Below the pieces are notes generated by a model. It was given only the letters and a program-made list of their open reading frames with translations, was not told the origin of the DNA and searched no databases. A program made the position numbers and the translations under genes. This document shows, in pieces, positions 11,412 to 24,069 of a stretch of 45,941 nucleotides of DNA (position 1 is the first letter of the stretch; every line of letters begins with the position of its first letter). Source of the stretch: Polymyxa betae A26-41 (lineage: Eukaryota; Protista; Endomyxa: Phytomyxea); NCBI GenBank assembly GCA_003693705.1, contig RBZT01000476.1:1-45941 (forward strand). Reading direction: 5' to 3'.

Positions 11412-14400
11412 TTACGAGGAAGGAGTCAAGCTGCGTTGTGGGCTCGTTATTCTTCTTGGACTACGTGACTGATGATGTGATTGTTCGTCGTTGGCAGGCG
11501 ATCTCCTTGGGGGATCGTTAATTGATGGATTCCTGATCGGTGATTTTGCTGAAGATGAGCTTTTTCTGGAAAATGCAGGTTGCTGTGGGCTTGGAAGCGA
11601 TGTCACTGAATTGCGTCGAGAACCACTGCCAGTTTCTTTCAAAAGAAAACTGACCCAGAGATCAGCCAGATTTTGCTGCTCCGAGCGTGGCTCCGGGGAT
11701 CCATCGTCGGCTTCTTCGTCTTCTGCCGAGTATGGAGATGGGATTAAGGACGATAATGACGATATAATGCTCTTGGGCCTAGCAGAGAAGGGACAATAAA
11801 CGAAAAAGTCACATTTAAATTGTCTAAATGCAATAAGAAGATAGCTAAAAATGAAACTGATAGACAAAACAAACCTCAGTGGTGAAGCAAGATAAAAACA
11901 TTCAAGTCCAAAAAGAAAATTGTTCAGTTTGGAAGACATAGATAGAACATCGTTTAACCTCTGAGACTCCAGAACAAGCCGCTTTTGCTCCTCGGTAAAG
12001 CCGAGCATCTTGATCATAAGATTAATAACCTCTGCAGAAGCCTTTCGCTCTAGATAGGTCACAAGCAGCTTGTTGACGATACGCCTATCGACGAGATTCT
12101 CATCCGAAGAGAACGTCTTGATGCGGTCCATGGTCTGTTGCATAGCATGACGTAAAGCAGCGTTGTCGGATTCAATCTGAAGTGCGTATTTTCTGCTTGA
12201 GCTTAATCTGCATAGCAGTCGATAAGAAAATGAGACTTCAACACGTTAAAATCGAAAAAATGGAAACCTGAAACCGTGAGAATCAAGAATGTAAATTGAG
12301 AGGTTAGCAAACAGAGGGTAACAAATGGAATGAGACATACTTGGCTTCAAGCTGGACAATAGCGGTTTCGCTCTGATTGAGTGACCTTGTGACTTGGATT
12401 AGCTCCTGGACAGCCAGACGACCTTCTTCGGCAGCATCCAGGCTCGTTTGCAACCGAAGCTCTGCCTCCTTTAACTACACAGACGATCACCAACGGGGAT
12501 CCAGAAATCAAAGCTCTACCTTTGAGTCACTTTCGGCTTGAATCTGATCCAAAACGGCCTGCAGATTATCGAGAGCCTCACTGAGGTTCGCGCATTCGTC
12601 GGCCTTGGCACGTAGCTGGATTTGCAATGCAGTATAATCAGCAGCGAGGTCCTATATAGCAAACGCCGCTATCAGAAACGTATTCACAAAATTAAAAAAG
12701 CAAAGATGCCCCTTGCATTTGTACAGAGAATTTTGAATGGAATCAGGCTGATTAAAGCAAAAAGTAGGAAAGCCAGAAGTCAAGGGAGGCAAAACAAACA
12801 CATGATGAATGAACCCAAAACTGATTTCAGAATCTTTCGAAATTACCTTAGAAGTTTGAAGATCCAGCTGAGCCTGGTAGGTGGTATCTCGTTCTTTCCG
12901 GATTTGATCCTGCAAAGTAGCGATGCGGGCCTCGTATTCGGCTGATACAGTCTCCAAGTTCTGACGCAGCCGGGCCGATTCGGCAGATAGCGTCTCTCGA
13001 TCCCTGGTTGGCATTAAACAAGCAGGAAACAGCTCAGAAAATATGACAAAGGTAAAAGAATGCTATTCAGATAAAAAGTAGGTATACGAAGTCCATGAAA
13101 TCTATAAGATACCTTTGGGCTTGTTCAAGCCATGTATTTTGCATGGATTCGGTCTCAACAAGCTGTTTGGTGCGGTGCTCCAACTGGGCATTCAGTTCAC
13201 GAATAACTGCATCTTTGTTGCCAATGTCCTTTTCCAAGTACTAGAGAACAAAAAAACGATAAGCTCCTTAAATTATAAACACGAGCATTGTTTCAAAATT
13301 CTGTCAAGATAGATGATAAAACTTAGAAAAAACATCAGAACAAAGGACCATTTCACAAACAGAGCAAAGCTATCTTGAAATTGATAAAAAGATGGTCCAT
13401 AACACATGGTGAAAATTTTCTGGAGCAATAGTTAGAGTACGAATGACCTCAACTTCCTCTTCCAAATCGTTGATTCGTGGCACATCACAACAAAGAGGAT
13501 GGAATTCAACAGAAAGAGCAAAAGATATTTAACAACGATAATAAAAACGCTGGTCCACAAGCACGACGAAAATGTTTTGGAAAACTAACCTGAACTTCTT
13601 CTTCCAAATCATTGATTCGGGATATCGTAGACGAATGCTTTTCGCCTTGAAGTCGCGCTGTCTCTGAAAGTTTTTTCTGCAGAGGGTGAGAAATGCAACA
13701 AACTAGCACAGCTTTCCATTACCTGTAAAGTATCAATCTGCTGCTTCAGTCCAGCATTTTGCGACTGTAAAGCTTTCTCCTCAGCGAATGCCTTCCGACA
13801 ATCCGCTTGAAGCTGCGAGATACACCGCAAATGGTCATCGATTTGGTTCTTCATCTAGGAATAGATCGTCAATTTGAAATAATCACATTTAGAAAAGATT
13901 GGGATAAGTATGAATAGCAAACAAATCACGACCCAACAGCATTGGTCATAACTTACAGACGATTTAATGGCAATCAGATTATCTACAGATTCCTGGGATT
14001 CTTCGCACGCTTGAAACTTGGCAGCATTCTGCAGATCCGAAGTGAGCTGGGCAACCTTCTCGTGAAGAAGTTTGTTCTCTTGTAAGTAGGCTTCGGAGCT
14101 GGAGCGAAGATCATTGAGATCGTTTTGAGCTTTCTTTAGAGATGTTCGCTCCGATTCTGCAAGACAGCAATGAATTTGAGGAAATGAGAAATAAGGAAAA
14201 ATAAACCGGAAAATTGACTCAGAGAATGCAGCACGTGTTTCGAGATAGAACAAAGCATGAATCAAACCAATCAAGAAACTATTTATGAGAGACAAACTTG
14301 CAAAAGTCAGAATATATATTTTACCTAAAAGGGAGACTAAGTCATGGGAGGCTTCAGAAGATTGGTTCAAGGCTTGTTCGGATTTGAGACGTTCTAGTTC

Positions 14401-15719
14401 AGAGCGTAATTCAGCGAGTTGCGGTTCAAGATCATCTTGGCATCTAGTCTCCAGTCCAGCAATCGTACTGGCTTGATCTGCGATAGTTTTCTGCAACGAC
14501 GCAACCTGGTCTCGATCCTTCATGAAAGAAAGTTAATTAAAAAGATTTACAGAGACATAACGAGAGGATAAGGCAAAGTTATAAATGAAATAGAGGACGT
14601 CAATGTAAACAAGAATAAAGATTGAGAAAAGGGGAAATGTTATTAGAAAGTGAAAAAAGCGAAATATGACCAGAGCAGGTTACCAAAGTCGGAAAACAAA
14701 TGGCCAAACGATACTGAGCGATCATACCGATGGAGGAGGTTTTTCCGAGCGCAAACGAGCGATAACCATTTTGTGGGATTCGAGATCTTCCGATTGTTTC
14801 GCTAGTTGAACTTCAAGCTCAGCGATTTTGGATTCACGGGTTTCGACCTGGTTCTCCAAAGTATGTAATCTGTCTTTGAGCTTTGCATTTTCGGCCTAGA
14901 GAAAGATTCGATCACAAAGCTTTCCAGCGCAAACCCATGTAAAATCGAAAACTGGGAAAGCAGAGGCAATGTGAAAAAACATAGCAACAAATTCCAAAAG
15001 TCACCTTGATCTGATGAAGAGCAGCAATATGTGTCCGTTTTTCTTCGTGAAATTTCCGAGTCAGCATCGAAACCCGCTCGCTGGCCTTGATCTTTTGGTG
15101 AATGACGGGCGTGGCGACATGGAGATCGGCGCTGGATTCCGGTGTGCTTAACGATTCAGGAGACGGGGACCGCGGCGAAAGCGATTCGGAAACGATCAAT
15201 CTGGTCTCTTCCAAAAGCTGGCGAAGCTCGTTGATTTCCTCCTAAACAATCGTGAGACCCTGCATCATATACAATGTTGCAATAAGAATAAAAAAAGCAT
15301 AAAGTAAGATTGCGGAAGACAAAAACGAGTCGTGCAATAAGATTCCGATTTAGCATTGAAATTGATGCAAACTTTGAAACTTAATATAAGGATTGGAAAA
15401 TATGTGATAAAAATATAACACAGAAATGAACTACATCTTTGTTCTTGATCGTTTTCGTGACAGATTCAGTGGCTCGAGCTCGAATATCGTTCAGACGATC
15501 AATTTCTTCGCGGGCTCGGTGCAACTTGTCTTGCAGACGCTGCACTTTCTGCACCAGAACGTCACCTGGTTCACCAGCTGAGCAGTCGGCTGTGTCTCCA
15601 TCACTGAAATCTGCTGCATCGAGACGCTCCTCGTCAGCGGCAGCATCCAGAAGCTGGGCGCCAACAGCCTTGGTGATTTGGGCGACGTTCTGCCCCAGCG
15701 ATGATAAGTGTCCCCACAT
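11412..15719 (-). CDS. Multi-exon coiled-coil golgin with C-terminal GRAB domain and GA1 motif (TRIP11/GMAP-210/Rud3/plant GC3-GC4-like)
   Basis: N-terminus MWGHLSSLGQNVAQITK, then many coiled-coil exons flanked by GT-AG (e.g. 15719-15435, 15241-~15005). GRAB domain ENLVDRRIVNKLLVTYLE...VINLMIKMLGFTEEQK; GA1 motif LADLWVSFLLKET; Ser/Pro-rich tail. Internal exon boundaries are only partly resolved. Confidence 0.88.
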
Positions 15720-16815
15720 GCTCAGGGCTGACGCTGGCTGATTTAAAACCAGACGCCCAGCCTAGGGAATGGAGTTGCCAAGAGAGCAGGCAGAGCGTCG
15801 CCCGGTCGAACACCGAAAATATTTCCCAGGAAAAAGCTACGGTACGTTCTTCTGTTTTTGAAATTTTTTTGCCAGATAGACTGATAGGTTGGCAAAAGTG
15901 CGTGAAGATGCTGTCGCGCACTTTATAAACGCTTCGCAGTTTTAGGTTTTGGAACAAAGTTTTGAATATTAGTATCCCGTTCTCCACAAACAACGAGTTG
16001 TCGCATCGTTCTCGTAGGGCTCTCCAACCAGAAAGCTCGAAGGTCGCTCCGACGTCGACAGTCTGCATGATGAGGACCATTCATGTTGCAAATACTATAA
16101 AAGTTAAAAGTTTTAAGGAGTTGATTTAAGGAGTTGATTGACGATTCGGTTAAATGATGCTGCCGATCCTATCTGCTGGTTTGGATAGAAATGTCATCAC
16201 AGCATAGCTTCTGCTTCCAGCTGTTGGGAGCATAATAAATTCAATCATTTCAAAGTGGCTATTCACGGTCCATGGCGATGTATTTTCATGCAGTTATAGA
16301 AATGCTCTCTATTGATATGAAGGCTGTGTCTTCTGAGATATTGATAGCGATATGCAATTGCGTATTAGTAGTAGTACTTGTTGCTGTTGCACACTGATAA
16401 CCAGAATGAGCTGGTTATGGATGCTGGCGCTGCCCAGGAAGGGGGGAATATGGTTGGCATATTCTTAATGGTCGTTGGTGTGAATCAACCGGCCAAGGCA
16501 CTTGGATAAAGTTTGAAAAGTGATTCTTGATTATAGTCTCAAAGAATATAAATTGATCTCCCCGATCATTGAGCGGTATTGTGTTAAGCTCGATATATTG
16601 AACGACCATCTGGCAATGGTGCTATCTGTTCATTGCACGCAGTCAATCCAGTTCTATCAGACACACAGACTTGCACACAGATTCAGATTCTGTACCGGAA
16701 TGTTCTCTATGTAGAACACATTTGCTCGATTTCGCTCCGTTCAATTTTTTCAGCACAAAAAAATTGGAGCTTTAGGCACTTGAAGAGCTGAGTCAATTAA
16801 ACAATCCTTTACTGA

Positions 16816-19085
16816 TTAAGTACTCTGGATAACGTTAACTGCAGATTGAGCAGGACATTGTCCAGTAGGTCCAGGACAGTAATGTTGCCGAAATTGATAA
16901 TGATCAATATGATGTCCATATATATGAGAGAAATACTTTACATCATTATCACAATGATGTTCAAGACAGTACAATATAGGATTTACAGAATCTCGGAGAT
17001 ATTCACTCAGATCATCTGACAATGTCAAATCCCGCATCTTCAAGTAATCATTCAGTCGCTGAATACAGTCCAGTATGAGCATCTGTGATATATTCAGAAA
17101 TACAAACAAACTTGAACACAGTAATACCGTCCCAAATTCTTTCATAGAATATCTCAATCGACAATGATAACGGAGTGAACAATCAAAACCTAGTTGGGAT
17201 TTGATAGAGTATTTCCCCTCATCATTGACAATGAGAGTCGTAAATCCGCACAGTTTACTCTTGCCATTGTGCCTCGAACAAAGCTTCATAAAATGGCTAT
17301 GGGAAATCGGATTTCCATATCGAGATTGAAAAGTCCGAAGATCACAATTGCAGCACATTGTAACACATGCAAGCACAGGATAACATACTCGCTGCAGCCA
17401 ATGCTCACAGCCTGCACGTGACATGTTCACCTTCGGGTCGGTAATCTTGGCACGAACTAATTTTTGAAATAAACTGGCAATCAATATCACCTTCTGTAAC
17501 GTGGTCTTCGATGTCGCAATTTCCGATATTTCGGTCAATATGAGCTCGTAATCGAGAACTTTGATAATAACGGGATCGCTTGCAGCTGGTCTGGATATCG
17601 ATGGTCGGACAGATATGTTCGTATTAGTAAGAAACGCGTACTCGTCATCATCAGGCTGCTTTTTCTGCATGATTCAATTTGAGATTCCGCATATAATCAG
17701 AATAAAACTCACCAGAAAGGCACAGAGAGTATAGTAGTCTATGATCTTATCGACATTAAAATTAAGCAAATTCCCAAATTCAGGAAAACCCCAAAACTTT
17801 GGCATAGCGAGGTCCTTTGGTGGCGATCTAACTTTCATCCGTTTTCTGGACGGTTTTTTGCCTTTTTGTAGAGGAGGATGGTCAATGAGAGAGCTATCTT
17901 GGACCTGATTAATAGATTTGTCGGCAGTGGAACGTTTGGATGGGCATTTATCTCCGGAACATCGATCATGAAGTTCCCAATTACGGAATGAATTCCCCCA
18001 GGTTGTCTGAAACTTCCGGAGATCTTTCTGACAGCAATGCATAACACATCGCAATACAGGACGACACATTCCATACATACCATGTTGAATTCTCCTGTCA
18101 ACCTCGCTCCAAGACCATTTAAACATCCGGGAGGCCCAGATCCATTTCCGATACAATTTCGCAATTAAAATCAGTTTCTGTAATGTGCTGCGAGCATAAC
18201 CGATTCGTTCGATTTCACTCACATCCAGATCGTATTCTTTCACATTGATAACTAATTGTGAGTTGCTCATGAAGCTTTGGTCTTCATCGCCATCGGACAA
18301 AAAATTAAGTTCCTCATCATTGGGCTCTTTGGCCTAATCAACAGTCAATACACAGGCGGGCAACACGGCTTGTCAGAATTCACCAGAAACTTGCAGAGAC
18401 TGTTATAATCATTGATATCAGTCACATCGTGATTGAAGGACGACAGAGGGTCGGTTGGAGATAATGTCTCCTCAGTACGAGGACGTTTCCGGGAGATAAT
18501 TTCAGCTGGTTTATCATTCTGATAATGAAATCTCAGAGTTTCCTAAACCATGAGACTAGATACGGAAACATTACATTGATAGTTTCCTGAATAGGAGGTA
18601 AAGCTGGAACATTATCTGTATCGTGTAATAAAGATGTTGATGTTGTTGGCGATTCAGCATCAGGTAGAGTGTTGAATGTTTCCCGAACGCAATTTTCAGT
18701 GAATATCTGAACGATTCATCAATTACATAACACAACAGTCATATAATCATTTTGTACACCAAAATATACATCCAGGTCAATTATGGGATCTAAGAGGTTG
18801 TTGAAATAGGAAAGATCCGAGAGATCTTGGATTGGATATGAATGATAGAGAATCGGATCCTAGAAAGACATGTTAATGAGCTGTGACTTCATTCTGACAG
18901 AGAAATCTTACTCTGGTCTCTGTAACATGGAGGTCGAGATCAGAAGCTGTAACGTGCAGGTCGAGAGGAGAGACAGTAACAGGAGTCTCTTCCAGAGAGT
19001 CTGTAACATGATTGATCCCAGGAATGCATGTAGCCAAGCCCTCAGAAAGGATGAGAATCAGGAAGACAATCGCTGGGTCAACCAT
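16816..19085 (-). CDS. Paralog A: predicted secreted, NLS-bearing protein with three tandem Cys/His-rich domains
   Basis: Exons 19085-18912, 18859-18770, 18706-18575, 18518-18384, 18333-17713, 17664-17128 and 17082-16816; all introns are phase-0 GT-AG and the frame is open. Signal peptide MVDPAIVFLILILSEGLA; RKRPR at 18477-18491; KKPSRKRMK. Domains have the pattern PVLxCxxxCxxDxxxF...G...H...C. Confidence 0.8.
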
Positions 19086-19713
19086 CTCCAGGCAAATGAA
19101 GTCGTACTGTCGTAGTCGGAATTCAGCGCGGCGAAAGTTTAGCGTGGTAAACGCGAAACGCAATTCAGCTCGCAGTTTCTTATTTCAGTGTTTTTTTGTC
19201 TACAGTCGCGAACATCTGGTCTGTGACTAATATGGGAGTTCGCAGATTCGTTAAGCCTCCACCGAGAACACTTTGAGGGAAAATTATGGGACATAATGTC
19301 ATTCAGAAGATCTCATCGAAAAAATAAGCAACATGGCCCGAACTTTTCAAACATTTCCAATGCTGACAGAACCTTAGCGAACAGGCAGTTTCGGCATTTC
19401 AAGATCGAGTTTTTTTTTGCGTTTTTGTGGCGAAGGAAAACAGACGCATTGTAATGTTACAAGCTGGTGCTTCATCAAGGAGATCATCAGGACCTGGTCG
19501 CACCACGATGCACAATTCATGGGACGATTCAGCTTCAATTCTTCCCTCGGTCCGCTCTACATTCGGAGACTCTACGACAACTGCCAAGCGATTATGCCTG
19601 AAAACGACCAAATCCGTGAGCCGATCCGGTCAGAGCGAGATAATCCACAGACCCTTCAGAAAGTGCACGGATGCTGAAATAACATCAAACTAGCGAAAAG
19701 GCTGTTTATTATT

Positions 19714-21826
19714 TTAAGGAAGATACTTGAAAGTATTCTGTTCCGTCATCTTTGAAAGCAGTTGCGCAGGACATTGTCCAGTAGGTCCAGGACAGCAATT
19801 CTGCTGAAATTGATAATGATCTATATGATGTCCAAATATATGAGAGAAATAATTGACATCATTATTACAATGATGTTCAAGACAGTATAATATTGGATTT
19901 ACAGAATTTTGAAGGTATTCACTCAGATCATGCGAATATTTCAAATTCCGCTTGTTCAGGAGTGTATTCAGTCGCTGAATACACTCCAACATCTTCATCT
20001 GTGATATATTTAGAAAATACAAAATAAATTTGAACAGAGTAATACCGTGTTAAATCCTTTCAAAGAAAATTTCAATAGACAATAAGCACGGAGTTCCCTA
20101 TCAAAAACCAGCTGCGATTCGAGGGAATAATTCTTCTTATTGCTGACAAAGAGAGTCTCAAATCCGCACTGTTGACTCTTGCCATTGTATCTAGAGCAAA
20201 GCGCCCCAAAACGACTATGTGAAAACGGATTTCCCCATCGAGCTTGAAAAGTCCGAAGATCATTCTGACAGCATATTGTAACACATGTCAGTACAGAGTA
20301 ACATGTTCGCTGTAGCCAATCACTACCGCCTTGACGATGCATTCCCAATTTTGGGTCGGAATTCTTGGCCCGAACTATTTTCAGGCAAAAACTGGCAACC
20401 AATATCAGCTTCTGTAACGTGGTCTTCGAAGACGAAATTTCCGATGATTCGGTCAACATGAGCGGATCATCGAGAACTTTGATAATAATGGGGTCTTGTG
20501 CAGCATGAATTCTGCCGTTTGATCGGATCGGAATGTTCGTATCAGTAAGAAACGCGTACTCGTCATCATCAGCATGCTTTTTCTGAATGAAGGTGAGATT
20601 CCGCATTGAATATGAATAAAGCTCACCATAAAGGAACAGAGAGTAGTGTAGTCTGTGATTTTTCGATACCAAACTCAAACAACTTCACAAAATCAGTCGA
20701 AACCCGAAACTTTAGCGGAGCGAGTTCCTTTGGTGATGAGCCAAATTTCATCCGTTTTCCCGACGGATTTTTGTCATTCTGTAGAGAGGGATGCCCAATA
20801 GAGATAAGAGGGCTATCTTGGACCTGATTCATAGACTGATCGGCAGTTAACAGTTTCGATGGGCATTTATCTCCGGAACAACTCAAATCAATTTTCCAAT
20901 GACGGAAGGGATTCCCCCAAAGATTCTGAAATCTCCGGAAATCTTTCTGACAACAATGCATAACACATCTCAATACAGGACGACACACCTTATACATGCA
21001 GTTCCGTATCGTCAAATCGAGCTTCCTCGAAGACCATTCAGGGGTCCGGGAGGCGCAGGTCAACTTCCGATACAGATTTGCAATCAGAATCAGTTTCTGT
21101 AATGTGCTGCGAGCATATTGGATTCGTTTGACCTCACTCACATCCAGATCATATCCTTTCACATTGATAACTAATTGTGAGTTGCTCATGGAGCATTGAC
21201 CTGTATCATCATCGGACTTTGAAGACAGAAAATGAAGTTCCTCATCATTCGGTTCTTTGATCTAATTTACAATCAATATACAGCCGGGCAGAACGAGTCT
21301 CAAAATTCACCAGAAACTCGCAGAGACTGTTATAGTCATTGATATCAGTCACATCATGATTGAAAGAATTCAGCGGGTCGGTTGGTGATGATTCTTCGCC
21401 AGTACGAGGACGTTTCCGGGAGAGATTCTGAACTCGCCCATCATTCTGATTATGAAAATCTCAGAGATTTCTAAACCATGAGACTAGATACGGAAACATT
21501 ACATTCATAGTCTCCTGAATAGGAGGTAAAGCTGGAACATTATCTGTATGGCGTAATACAGATGTTGATATTGATAACGTTTCGATATCAGGTAATTTGG
21601 ATGTGTCTTCTTGCTGATCGAGCAGTCTTACTGCTGTGTCTGTGAGGTTGGGAGAATACACGCTCACATTAAGATCGGGAGGATAGACGCTGACATTAAG
21701 ATCGAAAGGAAAGACACGATCAGGGGTCTCTTCCAGAGAAGCTGTATCGGTACTAGGCGTAAGACTGAATGCCGCGAAGCACTCAGATAGGCTCAGTATC
21801 AGGAGGACAGTCGCGGAGCCAATCAT
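19714..21826 (-). CDS. Paralog B of the same family; one apparent 1-nt frameshift near 20660 (pseudogene or sequencing error)
   Basis: Exons 21826-21503, 21445-21311, 21261-~20627, 20582-20046 and 19998-19714. Signal peptide MIGSATVLLILSLSECFA; RKRPR at 21404-21418; three Cys domains clearly homologous to those of A. An A-run appears one base short relative to the frame of A. Confidence 0.72.
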
Positions 21827-21961
21827 TTCCAAGCAACAGAGAGTCTGATCGTCGGACTTATCGGATGCGAGTTTGCGTGGTGAATGGTGACGAAGGCGAA
21901 TCAAAATTCTGCGCGCAGTTTTGGCAAAATTCTTTTCATTGATGAGAATTAGTGAAGGTTG

Positions 21962-22425
21962 TGTTAGCAGTTAGAGTTGAAAAGCGTGACAATCCCTGGG
22001 TTAGTTTTGGATTGGATAATTCGTGTTTGTTGATGTCAGTCAACAGGCGGCTCTGTATCCTTAGCTCAAGGCCGCAACACTCAGGCTCAGTCATCGTCGC
22101 TACCAAGACTCTTACTCCCAATTTCAGAGCCGTTATCATTTCACCCATTGACAACAGTAAAGCACTCGCTCAGCCCTATCGCGATCGGTTGGACCTTGGA
22201 GAAGTTCGATGAGAGAGAGTAGACCCCTTAACCCATTTCCTACTCCCTTACAAGTTTCCCAGCTTACAATCTATATCGTTATATGTAACAGCTATTTTCG
22301 TAAGCGCACGAGAGGAACTCGCCCATGAATTTGCTGTGAGAATAAAGTGCGTTGTTAAAGTTGCTGAGATTTAGCTTTTTGTCTCGGTAATTTTTGAGCT
22401 GTATTTTGAACTTTCACATTTAACA
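21962..22425 (+). mobile_element. Probable solo LTR
   Basis: TGTTA...TAACA termini; AATAAA at 22341 followed by a U5-like T-rich tract. Flanks gttg/attg give only an imperfect TSD. Confidence 0.45.
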
Positions 22426-23684
22426 ATTGATGTTCCATCGAAGGCCGCCATGTATCTTCTCACTCAATTTTGATGTTTTTTTGTTGCTCTCTAGACCGAG
22501 TATGTCCTGTTCGAACTCTATTGAGCTGAAAGTAGTTGCAATCTACTCCTTCAATGTTACATTCCACAAGGGGGCCTGCCGGGGTGCCCTGCAAATTGGT
22601 ACTGGATTCAAGGTAATTAACTCACTTTTTTCGCGCTGTTTTCAGCAAAAATTTGTACGAACATACGAATTGTTCATGATCCACTATTTCTTCGCCATTT
22701 TCTGCTGTAAGATTTGCCAAATTGTCAGAATCTTCGTCTTAAAGCATTGTCGTCAGATGGCTCGGTATAAAATGCATTTCAATGTCATTGGACTTTGCTA
22801 ATTCGGCTATTTTTTCGGCGACATCTTTCGCCACTGCGTTTGTGTATTTTATATCTGTTTGGAAATGTAGCAAATTGATGGATACATGAGGGTGAATCTG
22901 TGAACAGATGAATCTTGCGTTCTGTGACTTTGAATAAAAGAACTGTGTCTAGACCGCCTTGGAAGACTAGAATTTCTGTTTCAAATCTAATTACAGCGTT
23001 GGCTAGGCATAAGGCTGTCTTAAGTTGGATGCTTAAGAATCTGGTCGTAATCTTCATTGTTGGATAAATGTACAATGGAAGCGGCCCCAGCGATGGCAAA
23101 TTTGTCGTGTCTGTTTGATACTATGGTTAGACTTCCATCAGTCCAAAGAGCTCTATCTGGATTCTTACGAATGCCGTTTTGGTGAAGTTCCAAAGCGACA
23201 TCGCGCGTATAGAAGCGGAATAAACATTTTGAGACCTTCGAAGGTTTCTGAATCGATAATTTCCTCTATGTGGATTCTAGCGTTAAACGGGTTTGCTGTC
23301 GTTTTTGCTATTGCGTATCTGACTCGTCCAAATCGTGCCCAGCCGTCGCCATGGCATTCAGCTTGATCCCATGAGTAATAATCATCTCCTAACAGATTTC
23401 CTTGTGCTTCGGCTTTTATTATACTTAAAGCAGATTCGGTAAGAAATTTATCTTGCAGGAGAGGGAATCTGGAGATTGGAGGTAATAGTGTAAGTAATGG
23501 GAGTTGATTTTATGCATCATGTGTATGTTCTCATATATTCGTTATATGCGAGTTCTAAAGGACGAATGGTTTGATTAATGGCGGATTTGCTTGCGATTAA
23601 CGTTATGTAATAGTTAGAAGATACCTTCGATAAAGCCATGACAAGCATGGTGGAAAAAAGACAAAACGATTTCGACTCACCATC

Positions 23685-23850
23685 GAGGAGGGTGTTGGAA
23701 CCGTCGGCGCGGCCTCTCGCCCTCCAGGCGGGCTGACCCGAAAGAGCCACGGGGGCTCGGTCTAAATATGAAAAGGGTGACTGGCCACAAGCTGTCCGAC
23801 CGTCTTCTGCGTTTGGACTCCGGCTCTAGCTAGTTGTTGCATTTACAACA
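23685..23850 (+). mobile_element. PPT plus 158-bp LTR of a second, related copia-like element
   Basis: gaggaggg (same PPT as the full element) immediately followed by TGTTGGA...CAACA (23693-23850). Confidence 0.6.
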
Positions 23851-23858
23851 TGATCATC

Positions 23859-24065
23859 TGTTGGAGGCACCCTCGCATTGGCCACGGACAAAGGCAAGGA
23901 CACTTCACCTGCAGCCAGTTCCTCCTCTCCTGAGACAACTGCGCGCATGAACTAGCCTAGCCTAGTTGGAAATGCAAGTAGTCCCCTTCTTATCAAATAT
24001 ACAATTATTTCCGTTATTGTCCCCATCTGAGAGTTTGTCATCTTTCGTAGACTCGCGCCTCAACA
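23859..24065 (+). repeat. 5' LTR (207 bp)
   Basis: TGTTGGAGG...CCTCAACA, a direct repeat of 28098-28303. Confidence 0.97.
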
Positions 24066-24069
24066 GGTT

